DNA from: Candidatus Versatilivorator sp.
Lineage (GTDB): Bacteria; Acidobacteriota; Terriglobia; Versatilivoradales; Versatilivoraceae
Assembly (NCBI GenBank): GCA_965207735.1
Contig: OZ242296.1
Location: forward strand, 2,208,001 to 2,272,000
Direction: 5' to 3'
Length of the DNA stretch: 64,000 bases
Below, in pieces: positions 9,020 through 18,626 of the stretch. The position numbers and the translations under genes were made by a program. The first letter of the stretch is position 1, and every line of letters starts with the position of its first letter. The notes below the pieces were generated by a model. It saw nothing but the letters and a program-made list of their open reading frames with translations. It made no database searches and was not told where the DNA came from.

Positions 9020-10311
9020 TTGACTTACGGGACAGCGAGTTTCTCCCTACCGGCTCAACTGCGGGCTGGGCCCTCTCGCGACGCCGAGTTTGCCCCCCTC
9101 CGGCTCGACTGCGGGCGGAGCACTTTCGCGACGCCGAGTATGCCCCCCTCCGGCTCGACTGCGGGCGGAGCACTTTCGCGACGCCGAGTATGCCCCCCTC
9201 CGGCTCGACTGCGGGCTCCGCCCTCTCGCCGACTCCCCCTCAAGGGGGGAGTGATACTTGAGGCTTGCAGGGGGCGCCTTGCCCGATTCCTGGGCGGGAT
9301 GTAAACCATGTTCCCGGTCTAAAGTGTAAACGCCGTTCCCGGTTAGTACCCGGTATCACTCCCCCCTTGAGGGGGAGTCGCAGAAGTCGAGCCGAATGGC
9401 GAAGGCTGATGCGGTGGGGGGCCAGACGCCGGCGCAGCTTTGGGGCAACGCGTGCCCTTGAAGCAGGTCCGTCTCGCTTTGTGGCTCTGCGAGCACTGCC
9501 GATCGTCACTTACGGAACGCCGAGTCTGCCTCCCTCCGGATCGACTGCGGGCGGAGCACTTTCGCGACGCCGAGTATGCCCCCCTCCGGCTCGACTGCGG
9601 GCTCCGCCCTCTCGCCGACTCCCCCTCAAGGGGGGAGTGATACTTGAGGCTTGCAGGGGGCGCCTTGCCCGATTCCTGGGCGGGATGTAAACCATGTTCC
9701 CGGTCTAAAGTGTAAACGCCGTTCCCGGTTAGTACCCGGTATCACTCCCCCCTTGAGGGGGAGTCGCAGAAGTCGAGCCGAATGGCGAAGGCTGATGCGG
9801 TGGGGGTCAACCAACGCCTGGTACACTGTCTCCAGAACATCCATGCAGCTCTGAAACACCTCGTTGTTCCAAAAGCGCAATATTCTGTACCCCTTGCCCC
9901 GCAAATAATCATCGCGCTTCTCGTCGTAGGCGTGCCGTTCCCCATGCTGGCCGCCGTCCAGCTCGATCACCAACTTTCGGGACATGCAGGCGAAATCTAC
10001 GATGTAGGGACCTATCGGTTGCTGGCGCCGGAACTTGTAGCCGGCCAGTTGTTTCCTGCTCAGATAGTGCCACAGCAGGCCTTCTGCGTCGGTCTGTTCT
10101 TGGCGCAGAGTCTTTGCTCTTTCAAGTGTTTGCCGGGTGTAGGCGCGCATCATTCCCCCCACCTGTTGGTAGTCACTCTCGCGACGCCGCGTCTGCCCCC
10201 CTCCGGATCGACCGCGGGCTTCGCACTCTAGCGACGCCGAGTTTGCCCCCCTCCGGATCGACTGCGGGCTGCGCCCTTGTCTCTCCGACTCCCCCTCAAG
10301 GGGGGAGTGAT
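9020..10311. repeat. Repeat family B cluster (ACTCCCCCTCAAGGGGGGAGTGAT hairpins in alternating orientation) enclosing the DUF559 gene
   Basis: Hairpins near 9232, 9355, 9618, 9741 and 10288; 386-bp tandem period; 26-bp perfect inverted pair 9741-9766 / 10286-10311. Confidence 0.9.
9626..10153 (-). CDS. DUF559 / Vsr-like endonuclease; C-terminus reads on into the flanking repeat
   Basis: RAKTLRQEQTDAEGLLW..L...QLAGYKFRRQQPIGPYIVDFAC...LVIELDGGQH.......RDDYL...GYRILRFWNNEV; start at MMRAY, domain ends near 9805. Confidence 0.9.
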   Translation of the reverse strand: MMRAYTRQTLERAKTLRQEQTDAEGLLWHYLSRKQLAGYKFRRQQPIGPYIVDFACMSRKLVIELDGGQHGERHAYDEKRDDYLRGKGYRILRFWNNEVFQSCMDVLETVYQALVDPHRISLRHSARLLRLPLKGGVIPGTNRERRLHFRPGTWFTSRPGIGQGAPCKPQVSLPP

Positions 10312-10329
10312 TATTTCGTCCGATCTTCT

Positions 10330-10953
10330 TCATTTCCGGTCTCCGGTTCGACCCGATGCTTCTTCCGAGCCCTTGCCGGGTTGGTCGACAACGGCCTCCT
10401 CGAGGGAAAGGGCAAAGGCATACTGGCCGTCCTGCTCCTGGAAGTGGACCAGCTCCACTCGATGGAATTCGCCGGTGCGCTGCAAGCGGGCGATGAATTC
10501 CGAGACCCGCTCGGATTGGGCCGAGACCAGCCCGCGGAGCGAGAAGGACCCGTCCTTCCGGCTCACTTCCTGCAAGCGCAGCCCCGGAACGGCCTGGACG
10601 CAGTCTCCCAGCAGATCCAGCAGCCTGGCTGGACGCGCCTGGCGGGCCCGGAGCTGCTCTATGGCCCGGATGCGCCCCTCCATCCACAGGCCCTGCTGCT
10701 CCAGTTGCCGGATCTCCCGGGACAGGTCCAGTTGGCGCTGCCTCTGCCCGCGCACCTGCTGGATTTGCGCCTCCAGCCGTTGGCCGCGGGCCGCCTGTTC
10801 CATGCGCCAACTCAGGAGGATCGACGCCGCGCCCAGCATCATCCCCAGGGACAGCAGCCGCTGAAAGGCGCGACCGCGGCCGGCCCGGCCCATCCACCCC
10901 GGCGGTTCCGACCGCCCGGCCCCCCATTCTCCCGCCAGGTTGATCCTAATCAT
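10330..10953 (-). CDS. pilN: Type IV pilus assembly protein PilN
   Basis: MIRINL N-terminal PilM-binding motif, TM, coiled coil; overlaps the pilM stop. Confidence 0.85.
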   Translation of the reverse strand: MIRINLAGEWGAGRSEPPGWMGRAGRGRAFQRLLSLGMMLGAASILLSWRMEQAARGQRLEAQIQQVRGQRQRQLDLSREIRQLEQQGLWMEGRIRAIEQLRARQARPARLLDLLGDCVQAVPGLRLQEVSRKDGSFSLRGLVSAQSERVSEFIARLQRTGEFHRVELVHFQEQDGQYAFALSLEEAVVDQPGKGSEEASGRTGDRK

Positions 10954-11998
10954 GGAAACCCCTCAGAGCCAGGCCCACCGCCACCGCCAGGCTGGGCGCC
11001 TGCTGGTAGAGGCTCTCCTCGTTCACGCCCTTCCCGACGGCAATGCTCTTGAAGGGGTCCAGGGGTTCCAGGGGAAGATCGAGCCCGCTCTGCAGCCGGT
11101 CGAACAGCCCCGCCAGGCCTGAGCATCCGCCGCTCACATAGACCCGCTGTATGGATTCGCCCTCGGCCCCGGCCTCGAACAGGTCCAGGCTCTTGCGAAT
11201 CTCCAGCAGCAGGGTCTCCATGACCGAATGGAGAAGAGCGCCGGCCGGCCCCGCTTCCAGGGCTTCCACCCCGCTTTCCCTCTTCATCCTCTCGGCTTCC
11301 TCGAAACCGATCCGGAGCTGCTTTTGCAGCAGTCCGGTCAACTGGTTTCCACCGGCCGACAGGTCTCGGGTGAACAGAGGGACGCCGCCCCGCGTCACCA
11401 CCACGTTGGTGACGGCGGCGCCGATATGGAGCAGGGCGGCCGTGACCGCGGAGCCGGCGCCATAGTTGGCCTCGTAGGCGTTCTGCAGGGCGAAACCGTC
11501 CACGTCCACGATCAGGGGAGAGAGGCCGGCCCTGGCGATGGCCCCCAGTCGGCTCGCAACCCTCTCCTTGTGGGCCGCCACCAGCAGGACCTGGGTGTCT
11601 CCCCCGGCGGCGGCCTCTCCCAGAACCTGATGGTCCAGGTGCACGTCCGACAGATCGAAGGGGATCACCTGCCGGGCCTCCCACTGGATGGATTCCTCCA
11701 GTTCCTCCGGGCTCATGGCCGGCAGGGTGAGCTTCTTGACGATCACCGAATGACCCGAAACCGAGGTGGCCACCTTCCTGGCCCTGATCCGGCTTCGACT
11801 GAAGACCCTGCGGATGGCTTCAGCCACCGAGTCCGGGTCCCCGATGGCGCCTTCGGCCACTGCCCCCGGCGCCAGGGGCTCGACTCCGGCGCGAACCAGC
11901 TCGAAACCGGCCCGGACACGGCGCAGCTCCACCGCCTTGACGGTGCTGGATCCCAGGTCCAGCCCCGCCAGAATGTCGCCTCCGGAGAACAGACCCAT
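10946..11998 (-). CDS. pilM: Type IV pilus assembly protein PilM
   Basis: GLDLGSSTVKAVEL, VIVKKLTLP, VDVDGFAL, LHIGAAVT, VYVSGG, AVAVGLALR. Confidence 0.93.
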   Translation of the reverse strand: MGLFSGGDILAGLDLGSSTVKAVELRRVRAGFELVRAGVEPLAPGAVAEGAIGDPDSVAEAIRRVFSRSRIRARKVATSVSGHSVIVKKLTLPAMSPEELEESIQWEARQVIPFDLSDVHLDHQVLGEAAAGGDTQVLLVAAHKERVASRLGAIARAGLSPLIVDVDGFALQNAYEANYGAGSAVTAALLHIGAAVTNVVVTRGGVPLFTRDLSAGGNQLTGLLQKQLRIGFEEAERMKRESGVEALEAGPAGALLHSVMETLLLEIRKSLDLFEAGAEGESIQRVYVSGGCSGLAGLFDRLQSGLDLPLEPLDPFKSIAVGKGVNEESLYQQAPSLAVAVGLALRGFHD

Positions 11999-12167
11999 CC
12001 GTAAGCTCCCGCATACCGAAGTGGAGAGGGAACAAGGAGGGAGAACAAGGCAGATTCCGGCGCCCTGGGAAAATCAATCGGGGGACCGCTGGCCGACCCG
12101 TCACGGTCTGAAAAACCGAACGGGCCGACCTCAGAGGGAGATGCAGCGGGAGGGAGTAAACAGGAAA

Positions 12168-12196
12168 ATCTTAAGGCGAAAGGGGGCCGCTGTCAA
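12168..12196 (-). promoter_or_regulatory. Putative sigma70 promoter of the pilMNOPQ operon
   Basis: Minus strand TTGACA (12196-12191)-17 nt-TAAGAT (12173-12168). Confidence 0.65.
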
Positions 12197-12346
12197 GCCG
12201 GATCGACTCGGGATTGACTCCGCGCACACCCCTTTCATGCCCGGCTTTTCGTGATAGAATATCCCAGTGAGTCGTCAACACCCGAACCCCCTAACTTGTC
12301 TGATCTCCCTCTCAGAAGGTTCGTCACCGTGAAAGGAGCATCGACA

Positions 12347-12589
12347 ATGAATATCAGCCCGGAACTGATTGCCATCGGCATTCTTGGCGTGGCCTTGGTC
12401 AGCCTTGGTTGGAAAGTCTCAACGGACATCCGACAGGAGTTGAAACAAGAAATCCACTATGTCCGAGAAGATGTGGCCGTACTTGGCGATCGCATCGGCG
12501 GCCTGGAACAGCGCATGGCCCGATTGGAAGGCTGGATAGAGGGTCGCTTTACCGAGGAATTGGAGTTGAAGGCCAAGCCCGCCAAGTAG
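12347..12589 (+). CDS. Small membrane-anchored coiled-coil protein (N-terminal TM)
   Basis: AAAGGAG RBS, ATG at 12347, hydrophobic N-terminus followed by heptad pattern (IRQELKQEI...LEQRMARLEG); followed by a terminator. Confidence 0.75.
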   Translation: MNISPELIAIGILGVALVSLGWKVSTDIRQELKQEIHYVREDVAVLGDRIGGLEQRMARLEGWIEGRFTEELELKAKPAK

Positions 12590-12624
12590 CGGCAACTTGA
12601 TGTCACTACCTATGCGGCTTCCGC

Positions 12625-12655
12625 AATCCCCGGGCCGGGCTCGGGGATTTTTTTT
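12625..12655 (+). terminator. Rho-independent terminator
   Basis: AATCCCCGGGC-cgg-GCTCGGGGATT hairpin running into a T-tract. Confidence 0.8.
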
Positions 12656-12725
12656 GTCATGCGCAGCCTGCGCGACCTGTAGAGGTTTGGGGAAGAACCC
12701 GGAAGCGGCGGCAAAAGCCAAGCCG

Positions 12726-14078
12726 CTACCGCGCCCCGATGCGGCGGAGGGCCCGGGTGGCTTCCGACACCACCTCGGGGTCGTTGTCCTTCAGCAGGGG
12801 TCGCAGGCTTCTGGCGGAGGCACTGTCCCCGATCATGCCCAGCACCAGGCAGAGTCTCCTGCGGATCACCGGATTGCTGTCATTCAAGTATTTCACCAGA
12901 TCCGGAGACACCCGGGTTTTCAACTCGAGCAGGTAGGCCAAAGCCTGTTGATGGATGAGCCGCTCCTTGAGAGCCGCCACCATCTGGTCGAGGTACTCCT
13001 TGCGCCCCAGGTTGTAGAGGGCAAAGCTCATGGCCAGCCGGGGGGCGGGCTTCTTCTCGGCCAGAAAGGCCCTCGACACATCCCCGGCCACCGAAGCATC
13101 TCCCGCCCGGCCAATGCCCTCGGCGGCGAACTGGCGGTACTTGGGACCCCCGTCGCTCAGGTGGCGCCGAAACACGGGCAGGGAGCCGGGGTCGCCGATG
13201 AGCGCCATGGCCTCCAGGCAATTCAGCCGGACGTCGCGGCCGGGATTCTGATCGTAGAGCGTCTGCAACTGGGGCAGGGCCTCCAGGCTCTTGAAGAGTC
13301 CCAGGGTCAGGATGGCCTCGTTGCGAACCTTCTTGTTGGTATTCAGAAGATAGGGCTGAATCTCCCCGGCCACCGAGCGGTCCCTGATCTTGTAGAACGA
13401 CCGCAGGATGGCGATTTGCAGGTTGGGCTCGGCGCCGTTCATCCCCTCCACCATCTTGGGAATCGCCGCCTTTCCCCGCAACACCCCCAAGGCGTTGACC
13501 GCGTAGAAGCGCACCTCTCTATTGGAGTCCCGCAGGCGCTCGGCGATGCCGTCGATGACGGCAGGAGCCACCTTCACGTCGGGCTCGATGACGGTGTCAT
13601 CGCTGGGCACCGGGCCGCTGAAGGGGTTCAGACGCGCGTAGAGGCGCTTGGCCTGACGGGTCAGGAAGAAGCTGGCGTCCTGCTCGGTATAGAGGTTGAC
13701 CAGAGCGATGATGGCCTCCCGGCGAACCTCGGGCACTCCATCCTCGAGAACGGTCAACAGCATGGTGACGGCGCCGGGGTCCCGGATCATACCCAGGGAC
13801 TTGGCGACCGCGCGGCGAACCTCGGGGTCCTTGTCGCCCACCGCTCCCAGCAGCAGGGGGGTGGCCTCCCGGCTGAGCGTCTCGCCCAGCTCCCCGGCCG
13901 CCTTCCTGCGGTCGCCGGCCTTCTTGCTTTTCAGCTTGTCCCGCAGCTCCTCGATGGAATCCCCCCTGGCCTCGGGAACCAGCGGAGTTGCGGCGGGGCT
14001 CAGGAGGAGCAACCCACTGGCCAGGCCGACCAGCAGGATTCGGGAGGCCTCTTTTCTCGCCCTGAATGAAACGCTCAT
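12726..14078 (-). CDS. Exported HEAT/PBS-repeat protein
   Basis: Signal-peptide-like N-terminus; repeated D.D.EVR..A..ALG units. Confidence 0.85.
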   Translation of the reverse strand: MSVSFRARKEASRILLVGLASGLLLLSPAATPLVPEARGDSIEELRDKLKSKKAGDRRKAAGELGETLSREATPLLLGAVGDKDPEVRRAVAKSLGMIRDPGAVTMLLTVLEDGVPEVRREAIIALVNLYTEQDASFFLTRQAKRLYARLNPFSGPVPSDDTVIEPDVKVAPAVIDGIAERLRDSNREVRFYAVNALGVLRGKAAIPKMVEGMNGAEPNLQIAILRSFYKIRDRSVAGEIQPYLLNTNKKVRNEAILTLGLFKSLEALPQLQTLYDQNPGRDVRLNCLEAMALIGDPGSLPVFRRHLSDGGPKYRQFAAEGIGRAGDASVAGDVSRAFLAEKKPAPRLAMSFALYNLGRKEYLDQMVAALKERLIHQQALAYLLELKTRVSPDLVKYLNDSNPVIRRRLCLVLGMIGDSASARSLRPLLKDNDPEVVSEATRALRRIGAR

Positions 14079-14153
14079 GCTTGCCTCTTTTCTGACTCTG
14101 ACCGATCCAATCCGGGATGGGGCCGCGCCCTTGCAGCCACGGCGGCCTCGAGC

Positions 14154-14669
14154 TCATTGTCCCACATTCCCGCGGTCGGGTACAGGCCCGGCGCGGGGTC
14201 GGCTCTCCAGGAACAGGGTCAGGTAGAGCCCCAACCCCAGGCCGGCCGGCCCGCCGGTAGCGACCCGCGACCAGAGGGTGCTGTTCCAGGCTCCCACCAG
14301 GTCCAGGCCGGCGTCCAGGCCCGTGAGCAGCAGCGGCCCCAGCAACAGGGCCCGGCGGCCCAGCAACCAGGCGGCATGGCCGCGCGCCAGGGGCGCCAGC
14401 AGCACTCCCAGCAACCCGCCCAGGTAGAGGGACAGGCAGCGGTTGCACACCGGCAGGAAGACGCCCGCCAGGCTCAGGGAACGCTGAGGGTCCTGGTGGC
14501 AGAGGTGGGAAAAGACGTACCGGACCGATAGGGCCGCCGCGGCCTCACCCTGGAGGACCAGCCAGGGAGACAGCAGGATGGCGGCGCAGCAGATCCCCGA
14601 ACCCGCCAGCAGCACCAGCCAGGGCCAGCGGCGGCGGGAGGGATGGCGGAGGATGGCGGTCTGGTTCAT
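14154..14669 (-). CDS. DUF2085-like membrane protein
   Basis: CHQDPQRS and PVCNRC motifs with several TM segments. Confidence 0.8.
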   Translation of the reverse strand: MNQTAILRHPSRRRWPWLVLLAGSGICCAAILLSPWLVLQGEAAAALSVRYVFSHLCHQDPQRSLSLAGVFLPVCNRCLSLYLGGLLGVLLAPLARGHAAWLLGRRALLLGPLLLTGLDAGLDLVGAWNSTLWSRVATGGPAGLGLGLYLTLFLESRPRAGPVPDRGNVGQ

Positions 14670-14739
14670 GAGGAAGTGACACCCGGGAACGCGGGCGGGA
14701 CGCCCGCCCTAGCGCACTGCGCCACCGACGCAACGCTCA

Positions 14740-15570
14740 ATCTCACTTACGGGACGCCGCGTCTGCCCCCCTCCGGCTCGACTGCGGGCTCCGCCCTCTC
14801 GCCGACTCCCCCTCAAGGGGGGAGTGATACTCGAGGCCTGCATGGGGCGCCTTGCCGGATTCCCGGGTAGGGTGTAAACCATGTTCCCGGTTTAATGCAT
14901 CAACTCCGTTCCCTCTTCATAACACGGGATCACTCCCCCCTTGAGGGGGAGTCGCAGAAGTCGAGCCGAATGGCGAAGGCTGATGCGGTGGGGGGCGGTC
15001 GCCGGCGCGGCTTTGGGGCAACGCGTGCCGTTGAAGCAGGTCCGTCTCGCTTTGTGGCTCTGCGAGTACTGCCGATTGCCGCTTACGGGACGCCGAGTCT
15101 GCCCCCCTCCGGCTCGACTGCGGGCTCCGCCCTCTCGCCGACTCCCCCTCAAGGGGGGAGTGATACTCGAGGCCTGCATGGGGCGCCTTGCCGGATTCCC
15201 GGGTAGGGTGTAAACCATGTTCCCGGTTTAATGCATCAACTCCGTTCCCTCTTCATAACACGGGATCACTCCCCCCTTGAGGGGGAGTCGCAGAAGTCGA
15301 GCCGAATGGCGAAGGCTGATGCGGTGGGGGGCGGTCGCCGGCGCGGCTTTGGGGCAACGCGTGCCGTTGAAGCAGGTCCGTCTCGCTTTGTGGCTCTGCG
15401 AGTACTGCCGATCGTCACTTTCGGGACGCCGAGTCTGCCCCCTCCGGCTCGACTGCGGGCTCCGCCCTCTCGCCGACTCCCCCTCAAGGGGGGAGTGATA
15501 CTCGAGGCTTGCATGGGGCGCCTTGCCCGATTCGCGGGCGGGGTGTAAACCATGTTTCCGGGTTAATGTG
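14740..15570. repeat. Repeat family B tandem array (about 336-bp period)
   Basis: Near-identical units offset by 336 bp with hairpins near 14804, 14928, 15141, 15265 and 15476. Confidence 0.9.
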
Positions 15571-15586
15571 TGGACGATGCCCCCCC

Positions 15587-16792
15587 TCACGACTCCGGGA
15601 GCGGCGGCAGGTCGCAGCGGCGGGGCTTGTCGGTGCGGAAGCCCAGGGCGTAGTCGGCCTGCATGAGCGTGTGGATCTCCCGGGTGCCCTCGTAGATCAC
15701 GGCTCCCTTGCAGTTGCGGTAGTAGCGGCCCACCGGATACTCGTCCGAGAAGCCGTTGGCGCCGTGGATCTGCACCGCGTCCGAGGCGGCCCGCTCCGAG
15801 GCCACGGTGGCGTGCCACTTGGCCAGCGAGGTCTCTCGGTTGTTGCGCCGCCCCTGGTTCTTGAGCCAGCCGCAGCGAAGCCACAGCAACCGGGAGCTCT
15901 CGTAGTCCCGCACCATCCCGGCGATCATCTCCTTGACCAGTTGGTGGCGGGCGATGGGCTCATCGAAGGTACGCCTCCCCAGGGCGTACTTCCTGCTGGC
16001 GTCCAGGCAGGCTCGAATCAGTCCGGTGGCCCCGGCCGCCACCGTGTAGCGTCCCTGCTCCAGGGCGAACATGGCGATCTTGAACCCTTCGCCCTCCTTT
16101 CCCAGCCGGTTGGCGGCCGGGACCCGCACGTCCTGCAGGCTGAAGTAGCCGGTATTCCCCGCCCGGATGCCCCACTTTTGATGGTGGGTCCCGCTGGAAA
16201 ACCCCTTCATGGAGCGCTCCACCAGGAAGGCGCTGAGGCCGCGGTGGTCCCGGCTTTCCCTCTTGTCGGGATTGGTCCAGGCAAACACCAGGAAGTGGTC
16301 GGCCACGTCGGCCAGCGAGATCCAGGTCTTTTCGCCGTTGAGGATGTAGTGGGTGCCGTCGCGCCGGGCGGTGCTGCGGATTCCCAACACGTCGCTGCCG
16401 GCGTCGGGCTCGGTCAGGCCGAAGGTGGCGATCTTCTCCCCCCGGGCCTGGGGCTTCAGCCAGCGCTCCTTCTGGGCTTCGCTGCCCCAGCTCAGCAGGG
16501 TGAGGCCGTGCAGCGCCAGGTGCACCGAGAGGATGACCCGCAGGGAGGTGTCTCCGTATTCGAGCTCCTCGCAGGCCAGCCCCAGGCTGATGTAGTCGAA
16601 GTCGAAGCCGCCGTGGCGGGAGGGGATGCAGAGTCCCAGCAGGCCCAGCCTGGCCATCCTGGGCAGCAGGGATCGGTCGAAGCGGCCTTCGGAGTCGTTG
16701 CGGCCGATGTCGGGAAGCACCTCCCGGGACACGAACTGCCGCACCAGCTCCTGCACGCTCAGGTGGACCTCAGACAGATCGAAGCCGATCAT
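15587..16792 (-). CDS. Acyl-CoA dehydrogenase family protein
   Basis: TFGLTEPDAGSD, LNGEKTWIS, GKEGEGFKIAM, AVQIHGANG, IYEGTREI; start re-called at MIGFDL. Confidence 0.93.
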   Translation of the reverse strand: MIGFDLSEVHLSVQELVRQFVSREVLPDIGRNDSEGRFDRSLLPRMARLGLLGLCIPSRHGGFDFDYISLGLACEELEYGDTSLRVILSVHLALHGLTLLSWGSEAQKERWLKPQARGEKIATFGLTEPDAGSDVLGIRSTARRDGTHYILNGEKTWISLADVADHFLVFAWTNPDKRESRDHRGLSAFLVERSMKGFSSGTHHQKWGIRAGNTGYFSLQDVRVPAANRLGKEGEGFKIAMFALEQGRYTVAAGATGLIRACLDASRKYALGRRTFDEPIARHQLVKEMIAGMVRDYESSRLLWLRCGWLKNQGRRNNRETSLAKWHATVASERAASDAVQIHGANGFSDEYPVGRYYRNCKGAVIYEGTREIHTLMQADYALGFRTDKPRRCDLPPLPES

Positions 16793-16868
16793 GCCACTCC
16801 CCCAAACCGTCCCTGCCGCCCGAACCCGCAAGGCTCCGGCCGCAAGGGGACCATGCCTGCCGGACCGA

Positions 16869-17303
16869 TCAGGAATGCAGGGACCGGAGGTAGGCCGACA
16901 GGACCACCACAACCAATCCCAGGACCAGGCCCCAGGTCAGCAGGCGGCTTCGCGGGGAGAGCGGGTCGGAACCGGGCGAGCGCCCGGCAAGAGCCGCGAT
17001 GACCAGCGCCAGGACCGCCAGCGCCAGCACCACCTTGGCCAGGAAGACCTCCAGGTTGGGCGCCAGGGCGGTCCTCCAGTCCAGGTGGGTGTTGTAGAGA
17101 CCCGAAATCAGGGTCCCGGCGATCCCGCCGTGGACCAGCATCTTGAGGCGAATCTTGAGGCTCAGAAAGAAGTTCCGCCGGCTCTCGGTGCTCTGCGCGG
17201 CCAGGGCAGGCCGCAGCACCAGCACCATGAAGGCGGCCGATCCGATCAGGACGGCTACCGAAGACAGGTGCAGCCAGCGCATCAGCAGGTTCAACCACTC
17301 CAT
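16869..17303 (-). CDS. Membrane protein (CopD/DUF4149-like, four TM)
   Basis: RWLHL motif followed by hydrophobic helices; start at MEWLNLL with GGAG upstream. Confidence 0.65.
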   Translation of the reverse strand: MEWLNLLMRWLHLSSVAVLIGSAAFMVLVLRPALAAQSTESRRNFFLSLKIRLKMLVHGGIAGTLISGLYNTHLDWRTALAPNLEVFLAKVVLALAVLALVIAALAGRSPGSDPLSPRSRLLTWGLVLGLVVVVLSAYLRSLHS

Positions 17304-17565
17304 GGACCCCTCTCCTTTGGCCGGGTTGGAAGGCGCCGGAAGGCCAACAGGCAGGCCCGCCGCGTCCTGCCAGCCATGGTACCACAACTCGGAGCCCCCT
17401 CATGGACGACGATTCTCCTAGCCCGACCGGCGAAGCGGCGGCCCGGTCGGCGACGCCGCCCCGGGGGAAAGTACTTGTTTGGAGGGAATGACTCTGGTAC
17501 TAGTAAGGGTTTCGCCCTGGAAGGGATCCCGCCTGTCAGACCGGACGGCGGCGGATGGAAGCGAC

Positions 17566-18540
17566 TTGAACTGCCACATCCTCTATCACGACAACTGCTT
17601 CGACGGCGCCTGCTCGGCCGCCGTCTTCATGCGCTTCTACCTCTCGAGGATCGAACCAAGAGCCCGTTTCATCCTGTTCGGCCTGTACCATCAGCCCCGC
17701 CAGACCTTTCCCGACCACCTCTTCGGGGGGGACGAGAACGCCATCGTGGACTTCAAGTACGCCAGCCACGAGCGGCTGACCTGGTGGTTCGACCACCACT
17801 ACAGCGCCTTCCTGACTCCCGAGGACGAGGCCCACTTCCGGAGCCGGAACAGCGACCGGATGTTCCACGATCCCAACTACAAGTCCTGCACCAAGATGAT
17901 CGCCGCCATCGGCCACAGCCGCTTCGGGTTCGACTCCGGGGTGCTGGAGGACCTCATCCACTGGGCCGACATCGTGGACGGCGCCCTCTACGCCAGCGCC
18001 CGGGAGGCGGTCGAGGTGGGCGAACCGGCCCAAAAGCTGGCCGCCGTCATCGAGGCCAACCGGGACGCCGCCTTCTCCCACCGCATCATCCGCCAGCTCT
18101 CCCAGCAGCCCCTCGACCAGGTGGCCACCCAAGCCGAGGTGCTGGACCGCTACCGCCCCCTGCACCGGCACCACTCCGACAACATCCGCACCATCCGGGA
18201 GGTCTCCGAATGCAGCCGAGGGGTGACCTTCTTCGACCTGATCCCCTTCGGCATGGAGGGCTACAACAAGTTCATCCCCTACCATCTCCACCCCGAATGC
18301 AACTACCACGTCAGCCTGATGCAGTCTCCCCAGCGCACCAAGGTCTCGGTGGGCTCCAACCCCTGGAGCCCCAACCCCCGCCGCCACAACCTGGCCCGCA
18401 TCTGCGAACGCTACGGGGGCGGCGGCCATCCGGTGGTGGCCGCCATCTCCCTGCCTCCCGGCCAGGCAGACCGCGCCCGCCAGGTGGCGCGGGAGATCGT
18501 GGAGGAGCTTCAGGGATCCACCAAGGACGCGAAGAAATAA
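17566..18540 (+). CDS. DHH-family phosphoesterase
   Basis: YHDNCFDG, IVDF, WWFDHH and C-terminal GGGGH motifs; probable TTG start at 17566. Confidence 0.85.
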   Translation: MNCHILYHDNCFDGACSAAVFMRFYLSRIEPRARFILFGLYHQPRQTFPDHLFGGDENAIVDFKYASHERLTWWFDHHYSAFLTPEDEAHFRSRNSDRMFHDPNYKSCTKMIAAIGHSRFGFDSGVLEDLIHWADIVDGALYASAREAVEVGEPAQKLAAVIEANRDAAFSHRIIRQLSQQPLDQVATQAEVLDRYRPLHRHHSDNIRTIREVSECSRGVTFFDLIPFGMEGYNKFIPYHLHPECNYHVSLMQSPQRTKVSVGSNPWSPNPRRHNLARICERYGGGGHPVVAAISLPPGQADRARQVAREIVEELQGSTKDAKK

Positions 18541-18548
18541 AAAGAGTA

Positions 18549-18615
18549 ATCCACGAAGGGTCACGAAGGGGTTGGAGGAAAACCCAGAGGGATCCGCCAA
18601 GGGTCGGTAAGGGGG
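18549..18615 (+). repeat. Repeat family D unit (ATCCACGAAGGGTCACGAAGGGG...)
   Basis: Begins about 10 bp after the DHH stop, purine-rich strand on the sense strand. Confidence 0.7.
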
Positions 18616-18626
18616 AAGGAGTAGTG

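Noticed and set aside
9626-10927. 433-aa ORF as a single protein
   Set aside because: The N-terminal part is an alternate frame of pilN plus repeat translation; only the segment from 10153 is DUF559-like.
14643-15884. Recurrent small ORFs such as MVYTPPRNRARRP... and ...RLPLKGGVI...
   Set aside because: Translations of family B repeats in several frames, with variable frameshifts between copies; no evidence of coding.
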